From NCBI RefSeq assembly GCF_001194135.2, contig NC_068983.1, positions 23,457,932-23,498,767 of the forward strand: a stretch of DNA of 40,836 nt, read 5' to 3'. Origin of the DNA: Octopus bimaculoides (Eukaryota). The translations under genes and the position numbers were made by a program. Position 1 is the first letter of the stretch. Each line of letters starts with the position of its first letter. The notes beneath the pieces are model-generated. The model searched no databases and was not told the origin of the DNA. It saw only the letters and a list, made by a program, of their open reading frames with translations. Below are positions 21,701 to 32,282 of this stretch, piece after piece.

Positions 21701-22624
21701 TCACAAGTTTTATAGCGTAAGGGAAGCGACTCTGTTAAAACAAAATAGTTATTTCCCCTGTAACACAACTTGCTCTGGCATCGTTTATTTGTGTTTTTTT
21801 CTCTTTTTTTAAAAATTTGTATTAAGACTAGTTTGTTGTTAGACATGTTTTATGTAACATAACCATGATTAGGTCTTCAAAGCACTTCCTCTTTGCTGCT
21901 TTCATGTTTTATAGTCAAACATTTGCAGCATTGATGCTATTGTCACTTTCATGCCGCTAACTCACGGCCTGGCACAAAAGGTAAATTACAGCTATTGGCA
22001 AAAATATGTTAAAAGGAACATTTTCCAATGTAATATAAATGGGCTATACAATATACCCGGAATCAAAACTGCTATACACATAAATTAAACTTAAAAGAGA
22101 TTAGTTGACTTAGAATTCTTTCGCTCACCTCCCTCATCTTCTGTTCTCTCTAGATAAGTAAATAAAAGAATGCCACCTGGGGAGGTATGATAGATAGTGG
22201 ACTTCCCTAAACTAAAATTATAAATATTAATTATTAAATATAAAAACTCAAATGATTTCCAATTCATTATAAAAATTGTTAATCTAATTCATAGTATTCA
22301 GCACATAATTCACTAAACGGGTAATATTTTGATGTTAAACAAACTCAATTTCCTGTACTGTTTAAGCTCAACGTTGCGCTGTGAATCCAGCTGTACAATA
22401 CATTAAAAGCCGGTCTTTCGTTGTTCTCTGTATTAGAATTGTGTGTGTGTGTGTATGCATGTTTTACACTGCTTGCGTATTACACTATCTATGTGTTTGC
22501 TGTCCATGACTGAGTTATTATTTTACTTTTCATACAATTAATTGTACGAAATATTAAAGTAGGGCTTCCCTCTGTAATGGGTCTCAATACCTGGAAAGTT
22601 CCTTTTCGAGGGGCTGGTCGAAGG

Positions 22625-22790
22625 CACTGGTGTGGGTGTTGTGTTAAGAGGTTTGCTTCTCAACCACATGGTTTCGGATTCAGTCCTGTTGCGTAGCACC
22701 TCGAGAAAGGATCTTATTCTAATAGAGCCCTGGGCCGACCAAGGCCTTGTGTGTGGATTTGGAAACTGAAAGAAGCCTGTCGTATATACA
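22625..22790 (+). mobile_element. SINE family B, 5' half
   Basis: tgcttctcaaccacatggtttcggattcagtcc ... ggccgaccaaggccttgtg ... aactgaaagaagcc. Confidence 0.65.
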
Positions 22791-22800
22791 TGTATGTATG

Positions 22801-22873
22801 TGTTGTACGAAGGAACTGTATGTACGTGTTGTACGAGGGAATTGTATGTATTTGTTGTACGAGGGAACTGTAA
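22801..22873. repeat. ~26-bp minisatellite, three units
   Basis: Three copies of tgttgtacga(a/g)ggaactgtatgta. Confidence 0.8.
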
Positions 22874-23038
22874 TGATGTCCAAGGGAAAGGTAAGGCCGA
22901 TACAGCGTGACCTCGGTGTCGTTACTGGTGTTGCTGTTAGAACACAATGAGCCAGACTAGATATTGCAAGGCATCCTGTCCAATATTCAACTAATCGATC
23001 CCTCTTGATTGGTATTTAGATGGTGGTTGAATCAGGGT

Positions 23039-23406
23039 TGTGGAGTCATCGAAAGATTGACTCCTTCAGAAGGCTATAATATCATTTGATAGGAACACGG
23101 TACAAAGAAATACACAGAACAAGGCTGTAACTTTAAATACATTTAATGTCGGCCTCACACACACGCTGAATGATAAATGGATCAATGGAAATAGTTTGAT
23201 GCGTGGAGGCCATGATCTTCTTTGCATTACCTCATGTCTGCTTGTCGCTGCGTATCGTAGGAGAGCCAACTAGATCATGTCCTTGCTTCCGACGTCTAAA
23301 TGCTAAAGAGAAAGTCGCAAGGCCTCGTGTCAGAATCTCACCGCTGCTTGCTCCATCTAGCGCGAGCTTGTTTAAACCCACTGTCAAGGGAGGTAACTGC
23401 GCCTAC
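23039..23406 (-). repeat. Putative 3' LTR of the Gypsy element
   Basis: Starts TGTAGG on the minus strand; ATTAAA at 23147-23142; candidate end ...gactccaca at 23039. No clear polypurine tract upstream. Confidence 0.5.
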
Positions 23407-23649
23407 AGACCTTAGTCCGGAAGCGGTCGATTAATAATAAGGTAGGTGGAGTACGTGTGTGCTAGGAGGGCACAGAAGAATGAAACATGTCAAAACAGTT
23501 GTATGAACAAATGAAAAAAAAAATACAATGCAAGTATGTACAAGGAGAATAATTCAGCAAAGAAAGGTGTTCAATCAAATAGAACAAAGCATTATGTACA
23601 ATGATACAGAAAATGTTTGTGGAATAATGGGTGTGTCAGCAAATAGCAT

Positions 23650-25997
23650 AAATGTTTCAGAAAAGGCTCTCTTTCTTTTTATTCTGTCGATAGAGACAGT
23701 CTCTTTTTTTCCCGTGAATGTCCACTGTGAACAGTTTCGGTGTGCTTCTAAGAACACGATAGGGTCCAGTGTAGGGAGGTGTGAGCGGTCCCTCAACGGC
23801 ATCATTTCTTACAAACACGTGGGTCCAAGTAGAAATATCCGGCGGTTCTGTAGAAGAAATAGACTGGTCGTGAGGAAGCATTGGTGGCAGGTCGGCAAAG
23901 AATGACCTGAGTCGCGTGACGTAAGATGTAGGATCCACATTTGATAAGTCGATGGGTGCCAACACTTATCCAGGAAGTGCCAAAATGCTGTCATCTGGGA
24001 GCTCAGTGAAGGAGTAGCTTAAATCTTCCTTGACAGTTGAGCGGCACCCCAGTAAAACAATGGGGAGAAACTCGGACCAACGATGAGGGTCAGGAGCCGC
24101 GCGAATAGTGGCTTTAAGCTGGTGGTGGAATCGTTCCACCATACCGTTTGCAGTGGAATAGTTACTTGTGATGTGGATGTGCTGAGCTCTGAACAATCTC
24201 GAAAGCTCACAGAACAGACAAGCTTCAAATTAGCGTCCACGATCAGCAGTTATTCTAGAGGGTACTCCGAAGCGAGATATCCACCCAGAGATGAGTGCTC
24301 TGGCGACTGTTTCCGCGGAAATGTCCACAAGAGGGATGGCTTCAGGCTATCTGGAGAAACGGTCGATGCAGGCTGCAACTGACTGGCCAAGGACCAACCA
24401 GGTCGATGTGTATGTGACGGAATCTGGTGTCCGGTGGCTGGAAGTGCTCAAGAGGTGCTCTCACGTGACGATGTACTTTGGAACGCTGACATGGTAGGCA
24501 GGCATGTGACCAAGCAGTAATAGACCGGCGCATATTAGGCCAGAAAAAGCGGGTCGAGATAAGTTTTACTGTGGTCGCAATGCCGGGGTGTGACAGTGAA
24601 TGCAGTGTTTCAAAAACAGCACGATAGTGGTGTTCAGGAACGAGGGGTCGAGGTACCCGGTAGAAACATCGCAGAGAATGGTTCCTTCAGAAAAGGACAG
24701 AGGTGTTCAAACTTGCAGCAGGAAAACTGTGGTGAAGAGACATCCAAAGAGTCCAAGGAGGGTTGGTCAGTAGCCATAGCAACCGAATCAATCAAAGGAG
24801 GAGACGCCAGTGCACCGACAGGCAGGTGAGATAAGGCGTCGGTGGGGATGTTGTCAGTGCCAGTGATGTGGCGAATGTCACTAGTGAACTGTGATATGTA
24901 GCCCAAATGCCTTGTTTCTCTGGGCAAGTACCGGTCCGTTTTGGCAAAGAGAGCGAACGTTAGCGGTTTGTGGTTGGTGAAAATCGCGAAAGCTCTATCT
25001 TCAAGAAGGTGAGAGAAATGCTTCACCGCTAGATAAATTTCTTAGAGTTCTTTACCAAACACACCGTAACTCAATTTGGCATCTTTCAACTGGCAAAAAA
25101 AGAAAGCCAATGGCTGGCTTCGGCTGTTGACAGATTGCTCTAAAACTGCGGCAATTGTGGATGATGGAACGGCGACAGTGAATGTCAGTTTTGCATCCGC
25201 AATGGGATGAATGAAGAAGGATGTTTACACAAAGTCAGCTTTGACAAATTCAAAAGCTTGGATGGCTGTAGGAGACAGCGTTATCAGGAAGTCTTTTTCC
25301 GTTGATCTTTCAAGAGCTGAGTCAAGGGAAGCAACTTCTCCGCACAGTTAGGAATGAAACAACGATAATAATGAATTAAACCAATAAAATTTCTGAGCTG
25401 TTTTAAGGAAACAGGAGGAGACAAGCGTTTGATGATTTCCACTTTAGAGGGAAGTGGACGAATACCGTCGGCATCAATGAGAAGCCCCAAGAATTCCAAG
25501 CTGGTAGAGCCGAATACACACTTAGCTGGATTGATCTTAACATCATAGGAATGTAGGCGCTTCAACAGTTGAGTTAAGTGTTGGAGGTGCTGGTCTGGAG
25601 TACCACTGGCGATTAGAAGGTCATCGACATATGCGAAGACAAAATCTAACCCACGAACGACCTCATCAATGAACCTTTGAAGCGTGCTGGCCGCATTGCA
25701 AAGACCATATGGCATAGACAAAAATTCAAACGCTTCAAAAGGCGTGGTGACGGCTGTCTTTGGAATGTTGTCAGGGTTGACATGGATTTGATGGTACGCA
25801 CGTACCAAGTCGATTTTAGAAAAAATCTTACAGCCATGCAGGGCAGACGAAAAACCCTACACATTTGGTAGGGGATAGCGGTTCACGATGGTGACAGTGT
25901 TAAGACGTCTAAAATCTTCAACTGGTCGAAAATCAGCTTCATTCTTCCTGGCCATGTGTAAAGATGCTGCCCACGGGCTCGTGGAGGGACGAATAAG
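23650..25997 (-). pseudogene. Gypsy pol pseudogene (RT, RNase H, integrase, GPY/F module)
   Basis: [88 protein letters not shown]; several stops and frameshifts. Confidence 0.9.
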
Positions 25998-26034
25998 GCT
26001 GCTCTCAAGGGAGGTAACTGCACCTACAAGTACC

Positions 26035-26145
26035 TTGCTTCCATTGAGCTTGAAAAGAAGAAAGGTAGGGTCGATTTGTCTTCAGAGGAATTTGAACTCA
26101 GAGCGCAGAGTTATAATATACTGACAGACCTTCTAATTCGACGCT
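26035..26145 (-). mobile_element. SINE family D fragment abutting the Gypsy 5' end
   Basis: Minus strand tggcaaagtcgtta...ctctgagttcaaattcc. Confidence 0.45.
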
Positions 26146-26509
26146 ATAACGACTTTGCCAATAATAAGTTTTGTGTCCTAGAGTAGAATAGTAGAAAAGA
26201 ATATGTATGCGTGTGTATGTGTGCGTGTGTGTGATGTGTATACATGCATGTATATGTAAAGATCTTATTATACGGATCTGTCTGTCTGTGTCTCTGTCTG
26301 TCTCTTCTCTCTCTCTGCACGTACGCGTATGTGAATGTATGTGTGTGTCGCATGCCTATGTGTGTGTTATACATGTTTCTGGAGTTTAGAGATGATTTTT
26401 TCCATAGAGTGACAGGAAATGTGGTAAAGTTGAAATTAACATGTGCAACAAACTGTGCTGTTTGCATAACCAGGTGTTTTATATTTCCTAAGTAGTGATG
26501 TGCACAACC

Positions 26510-27374
26510 TGTTATGATGTGTCATGTGCTGTTTTTCGTATTATTTGTGGTCTATTGTGGTTTGTTTTGGAAAGACTGAAGTTCCAGAGAGGGCTGGTGT
26601 AATACATATTGGATCTAATACATTGTTCATACACCGTTGTTTTCTTTCTTTTTGTTGGCCATATTTGTCCGCTGAGATTATTTTGTAGTGACGTCATTTG
26701 GCGCCAAAATACAGTCACCATTACTGCGTTTTCATCTACGCATGCGCAGGGAATAGTTCCGGAAGGAACACAGGAAGAGTCCCATGCACATGCGTGGAAT
26801 TAAACATCTGAGGCGTTCCCGCTCTTTTCATCCTCTTTCTCGGCCGGCCGGCCATGAGCATGGTCGTGTCAAGCTGTCTCCAGCATTCCAACTCTGGAGA
26901 CAGCTCATTCCAACATTCCAACGTCTCAGCAACCATGCCTATTTCCTCCATAAATAAATATTGTTGTGTTGATAGTTCAGAGTCAGCGTTACGTTGTTTA
27001 TTCAGAATTTAATATAGGAAAGCGGGTGTACACCTAATGGTGTATAACCACTTTCCTAAAAGTGATGACCCCGACGTGATCCGATTCACACAGTCTTTCT
27101 GATATGAATCCGACGTGATTCGAACACGCAGTCTTCTGGAAGTTGAATAACAGCATTTGGAAAATGGCGGAATGATATGTGCAGCATAATGATGTGTGTA
27201 AGAACGACCGTGCGAACCCAAAAGGAGAAATGGTGACAAATGGAAAAACAGGGCTCCTTTTATTAAACGCGTCACACGGTCGAACACAAAATTATATCAA
27301 AGATGATATATATATGTTATACTTCGATAACATAGTGAATTCGTAAATGACCAGTAAAGGAAGACGATAGAACA
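26510..27374. mobile_element. 865-bp solo-LTR-like element
   Basis: TGTT...AACA termini; 5-bp TSD caacc at 26505-26509 and 27375-27379; AATAAA near 26953; no coding capacity. Confidence 0.65.
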
Positions 27375-27562
27375 CAACCGATAGAAGATGAATAACAGTA
27401 ATATTTATTGTTGCATTAAAATGTATGTCTGTGTGTGAGTGTGAATGTGACATAATGAAAACATAATAAAAGACAGGCCGTCATGTAAATAGAATAGTGT
27501 GTATACAAAAGAGTGTGTGCACAAATGTATGTGAATGCGTGAGATACAGCAGATAGAAAGAG

Positions 27563-27682
27563 TCAGTAACACGTGTGAGCATTTGCCGGTTTGTTGAGTA
27601 CACAATAGGAAGAGTCTGTATGTAAGAAGTTGAGGCGTGTGTGTGGCAGAGCGATCACTCGTTGTGAAGTTAGGGCTTCCAT
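27563..27682 (-). CDS. Candidate 39-aa small ORF MEALTSQRVIALPHTRLNFLHTDSSYCVLNKPANAHTCY
   Basis: First ATG downstream of the candidate TSS, in ggcATGG context; AATAAA at 27409-27404. No homology recognised. Confidence 0.25.
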   Translation of the reverse strand: MEALTSQRVIALPHTRLNFLHTDSSYCVLNKPANAHTCY

Positions 27683-27999
27683 GCCGGGCCGGGTTCTTGA
27701 GTACAGACGTTTATCGCAGGATGGGCTCTTGTCTATTATTTATCGTGGTGAAGATGAATCACACAAACAGAATCGAAGAGAGATGTGCCGCTGTTACTGT
27801 TTGGTAGCTTGTGTACGTGGAAAGTCGTGTTGACGATGCTGGTGGCGAATCTTGTAGTTCGTAGCTGAAGTGGTGTTGACGCTGGCGGCGACGTCGGTGG
27901 TAGTCGTAGTTGGAGATGCTGTTGATGTAGTCGCTGGAAACTGCTGCTGCTGCTCTGTGTGGTACACGGAACAGGTCTCTAAGAGAACTGAACCGAGAC

Positions 28000-28170
28000 G
28001 AATTAGCTGGGTATCTAGCAGTCTATTTAAAGCAAAATAGGGGCGCCAGAGAGGTATTAGAAAAACACTATCACGTGACTTTATTAGGAGCTGTGATTGG
28101 TCAGTTTGCGTTCTGGCGGGAACGGTACGAAGCAGTTGCCGCTTCAAATAATAATCAGTCACGTGATGAC
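28000..28170 (-). promoter_or_regulatory. Candidate RNA polymerase II promoter
   Basis: TTTAAATA (28031-28024) about 30 nt upstream of an Inr-like CTAATTC (A at 28002); TCACGTGA at 28071-28078 and 28159-28166; CCAAT at 28100-28096; E2F-like TTCCCGCC near 28115-28122; locally CpG-rich. Confidence 0.5.
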
Positions 28171-29129
28171 AGGGAAATATGTTTTCTACTATGCCCGCGC
28201 TTGTTTATATATAATAGTGAGAAGATAGTTTGTTTGTATATAATGGCGATAGGTAGTTTCACTACATGTGTACGAAGTGTAGCTGACACATACACGTCTC
28301 TCCACACTTCTCCGATTAGTACCAATTGACAATTTCTTTATTTTCACTATATTTAATGCATGATAGATTCACGACATAAATATTGAACTTGAACTCTACA
28401 GGAGACTGAACCTGTTTAACATCGGAATATTGAAGTGTGTGATGTCGTATAGCTATAGGCATAAAAGAAGGTTAGGAAATATTTTGGCACAGCCATTTTG
28501 GCGCTGCCTATTTGGCATCACTGATTCACTGCGGGCAGTTTTGACATCAGAGTTTTAATCTCTCTCTCTCTGTTTATGTGTGTGAGCATCTAGTTATGTT
28601 TGTATGTATGGGTATTGTATCTCTTCCTCCTCTCTTTCTTCCTTTCACTCTCTATCTGTATGTGCTTATTGCTGCGTGTGTGTGTGCGTTTGCTTCCAAT
28701 GCCACCGCATACTATCACCAAAATTGTTTGAATGTTCAGTTATGCCAAATTATCAGTGGCCAAATAGTTGCACTCGCTTGCTTCATTTGATTAAAAGAGT
28801 GGTGAGAACATGGTTCTTTGTTCTGCTCTATTCGATATTGCAGTTTCTGGAAGTGTTGTTCTTGCACACTTCTCAGGTTTGGCAGCGAAACAGATAGTCT
28901 TGCAGACAATGTTTCACGCTTATTCTTAAGGTGGTATTGAATATTTTGGGTACAAGTAGATAGCATGGTATCAGCTTTACTGATACCGATGGTTGTTAGG
29001 ACAGTACGTGTTGGTTGTTTTCATTGTTGAGATAATTACGTATTAGGTTTGTGAGTGGTTTGGTAGTTGAAGATTAGTTATCTGAATTTGTGTTCTGACT
29101 TGGAGAGAAGTATGTGTGAGTTAATGCTG

Positions 29130-29830
29130 TCAATGTATGTATGTGTGTATGTATGTATGTGTGTGTTTGCATGAATGTATGTGTGTATCTATGTATGCAT
29201 ATATGTATGTATGTGTGTATGTGCATGAATGTATGTATGTATCTATGTATGCATATATGTATGTATGTGTGTATCTATGTATATATGTATGTAAATGTGT
29301 ATGTGTGTGTGTGTATGTATGTATATGTGTTCGTCTGTCTGCATGTCTCTATGCGTGTGTGTACATATGTCTGTCTGTCTGTATGTATGTGTGTGTACAT
29401 ATGTATGTATGTACACCTATGTTTTCTTTGCAATTAAATATTTCTTTTCAAGCCAGTCACTACCAAACTAACAGGACTCTTTTTTTTACTTCAAGACAGC
29501 TCTTGAGGTTTGTGGTTACCTGAATTGGTTGATGCTTCTGTATATGTGTCTGTGTGGATAAAGTTGTGCTTGTGGGTATGCATGTCACAACAGAACACAG
29601 GAGTGTATGTGTGTATGCTTCTTTACTGTTCATAAGTGTGTGCATATGTATATATATATGTAAGAGAGTTAGGGGTACATATATACTTATATATATATAT
29701 ATATATATGCATGTATGTACATATGTATGAATGTATGCATGCATGTATATATGTATGTATGTGTGTATAAATGTGTATATGTGTACATGTATGTGTGTGT
29801 GTATGTATATATGTATGTATGTATAGCAGC
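29130..29830. repeat. Extended (ATGT)n/(TG)n/(TA)n low-complexity block
   Basis: Visible directly; probably expanded internal microsatellites of old family-B SINEs. Confidence 0.85.
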
Positions 29831-30039
29831 ATTGGATTTGAGGATCGATGTGTTGAACAAGCTAGCATATGGTAATTCATTCCGGGTCAGTTATTTTCTC
29901 TTGCACATGAATGACTTTGCTTTCTGTCTAATGAGATTGATGGAAATAAGTACCAGAGTACTGTAGTCGATATAATTGACCGAAAGGGATTCCCAGCATG
30001 GCCAAAGTCCAGTGAGTGAGTCTAGTAGAATATGATTCC

Positions 30040-30450
30040 ACACGCAGTTATCGCCATTTTTGTCATCATCATCATTATCATCAACACAACCCATGCCACT
30101 CAACCACCACCACCACCACCATCACCATTACCATTGCCACCCTTCCACTCTCACCCCACCACTACTGCTACCCCCCCATTGTTATTATCAGTGTCATAAC
30201 TGCTGCCACCACTACCACCCAGCATCACCACTAGCATAATGACCACTACAATGATCATCATCATCGGCATCACCATCATCATCTTCCACCACCTTCTCCT
30301 CCTTTACATTTTCATGTTTGTTGTTTCTGTGCTTACATGGGTTGGATGAGTCTTTTCCAACATAGTGTTTCACCACTTGCTGCAGCTTTTTGTGAAAACC
30401 TTCATTGAGGTTCAGCATCCTTAAATCATCTGTACCATTTCTTCCTATTG
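30040..30450 (-). mobile_element. Old RTE 3'-end remnant with an expanded (GAT/GGT)n tail
   Basis: Minus strand DDLRMLNL-like ORF2 end, aaaagactcatccaacccatg, then GAT/GGT repeats. Confidence 0.55.
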
Positions 30451-31425
30451 TTACGATCAGGCAAATACTTATGTTTAAAAGGGGTAAACTTCTGATCACA
30501 ACAACAGAAATTGTTCAAACAGGGAATTAATATTCAAAGATTGAAATTATGTAACAACAGGTGTAATACCCAAAGAATCTCATGTCCAGTCCTCGATTGT
30601 TCAAAGGTAGATGGTGAGCGGTCCAATCCGTATGCAGCTCCCTCTTGTATTTTGTACCATCCACGCCAAGCTCCTCCTGTATTCTGAACCCTTCTTTTTA
30701 ACAGGAAGTCAATGAGATTACCTGCCTTGCTCATTAACAGGAAGTAAACAAGATTTCCTGTCTCGTCCCTCGCTCACTTCCTATATGTATATATATACAC
30801 ATACCTACGTCATTTCAGTTCTGCCAAGAGGTCGTTATTTCAATTCTGCCAAAAGCGTTCTCAAACGCTTAACTCTCCTCATTCAGAAAACATTGTAAGT
30901 TCTCTCCCTTCATTATATTATAGATATACACAACACTATGTATTCCTCTTCTGAAGATCCTTTCACTTGGATCACTTGGCCCCTCTGTATTCAACTATCA
31001 AGCCCTCCATGTACTTCACATGTCTGTACCAGAGCATTCTCCTTTCTTTTATCATAACCATTTCCTCTCATATTCTTTTTTTCCCTTGATTTTTGTGATC
31101 CCTGTTGTGATGCATACTCACATAATACATTCAGTGGAGCATGCTCACTTCATTTCTTTCTAACCTTTGCACAATCTCTGAATTCAATCCATATGTTTTG
31201 CTACTTACAATATTATACTTTGTACATGCAAATCATAAAATCCACTCTTCACTTGGAGAAAAAAATTCTTTGTTGTCAAGTTTGTCTTGTGACTTGAGTT
31301 TCATGCCACAGTGATCTTCAGGTAAGAACTTAGCTTCAGAGTGACAAATATCAGAAGAGAATCAACACATAAAAATATTATCATTTCTAAATCTCTCTAA
31401 AGAAGACAACGGCAGCAGTACTGGG

Positions 31426-31733
31426 TATTAATAGTTATCACCAAGCTAACATGGCAGTCCAGAAAAATAGGACAAATGCTTCTGTTGATTAGCTCCAAGA
31501 CGCCATTGTCTCTGCTAGCTATGTGACACACAAACCTGTGTCCATTACAACCTTCGAACAGGGGAGGTCATCAGCATGGGGAAGCTGATGACTTCCCCTG
31601 TTCGAAGGTTATAATGGACACAGGTTCGTGTGTCACATAGCTAGCAGAGACAATGGCGTCTTGGAGCTAATCAACAGAAGCATTTGTCCTATTTTTCTGG
31701 ACTGCCATGTTAGCTTGACGATAACTATTAATA
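31426..31733. repeat. 308-bp palindrome (150-bp arms, 8-nt loop), foldback/MITE-like
   Basis: 145 of 150 positions complementary; TATTAATA at both ends. Confidence 0.95.
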
Positions 31734-32282
31734 ATCAACAAATCATTTTAAAGATTGCTGTTTTTGTATGTTTGATATTTCTGGACACAGCTCCAAGATC
31801 AATCTGAAGATAAACCAAATTTACCCTCAGCCACGAAACATGTATCCCATTGTATCTAACTACTTCATTGTGTCTCTTCTTATATTTGAAGTTGGCTGTC
31901 ATTATAATGAACCTGAATGCTGTACATTGAAGGGAAGCACTGAAGATGAAACGTATATACAACTGACTGATATAAGAGCATGTAAACTTGTCACCCACTC
32001 TGAATTAAATAACATGGTACATGATTTAGTTATTCCAAAAATTGGGAGCCAGGTTGAATCAGTGATACCCTTCTAGCTTCAGAAACAACATTTAATGTTT
32101 TATTCAACTCCCTGTGGCAATATTTCAGGGTCACTTTCAGTGCCCTTAGTGTCACAGGATCTACTTTCTTGTATCAGTCTTATTAACTGCATCTGCTCCC
32201 ATGAGAAACAATGTGCTGGAGGTGGAGGAGGATGAATGTCCTGAATTGATGCTGTCATTATCTTTGATGGGCAGACATAAGC

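Larger units (their letters stand above)
23039..26028 (-). mobile_element. Decayed Ty3/Gypsy LTR retrotransposon lacking gag and protease
   Basis: Domain order RT - RNase H - integrase on the minus strand; LTR-start motif tgtagg(c/t)gcagttacctcccttga at both 26028 and 23406. The left boundary (23039) is uncertain and no TSD was found. Confidence 0.85.

Noticed and set aside
30337-30444. Apparent 108-nt symmetric minus-strand exon (ag|GRNGTDDLRMLNLNEGFHKKLQQVVKHYVGKDSSNP|gtaagc)
   Set aside because: It matches the RTE ORF2 end (DLRMLNL is similar to DLQTLGL at 32620-32670) and runs into the RTE tail ccaacccatg...gatgat, so it is a LINE remnant. Exonisation is not excluded but is unsupported.
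28877-31320. Scattered plus-strand exon-like segments (28877-28930, ~30819-30894, ~31273-31320)
   Set aside because: Splice sites are plausible but the phases do not chain into a recognisable protein; they could be non-coding exons but cannot be supported from sequence alone.
31768-32076. 102-aa ORF MFDISGHSSK...
   Set aside because: TTG start, no recognisable domain and only weak splice signals.
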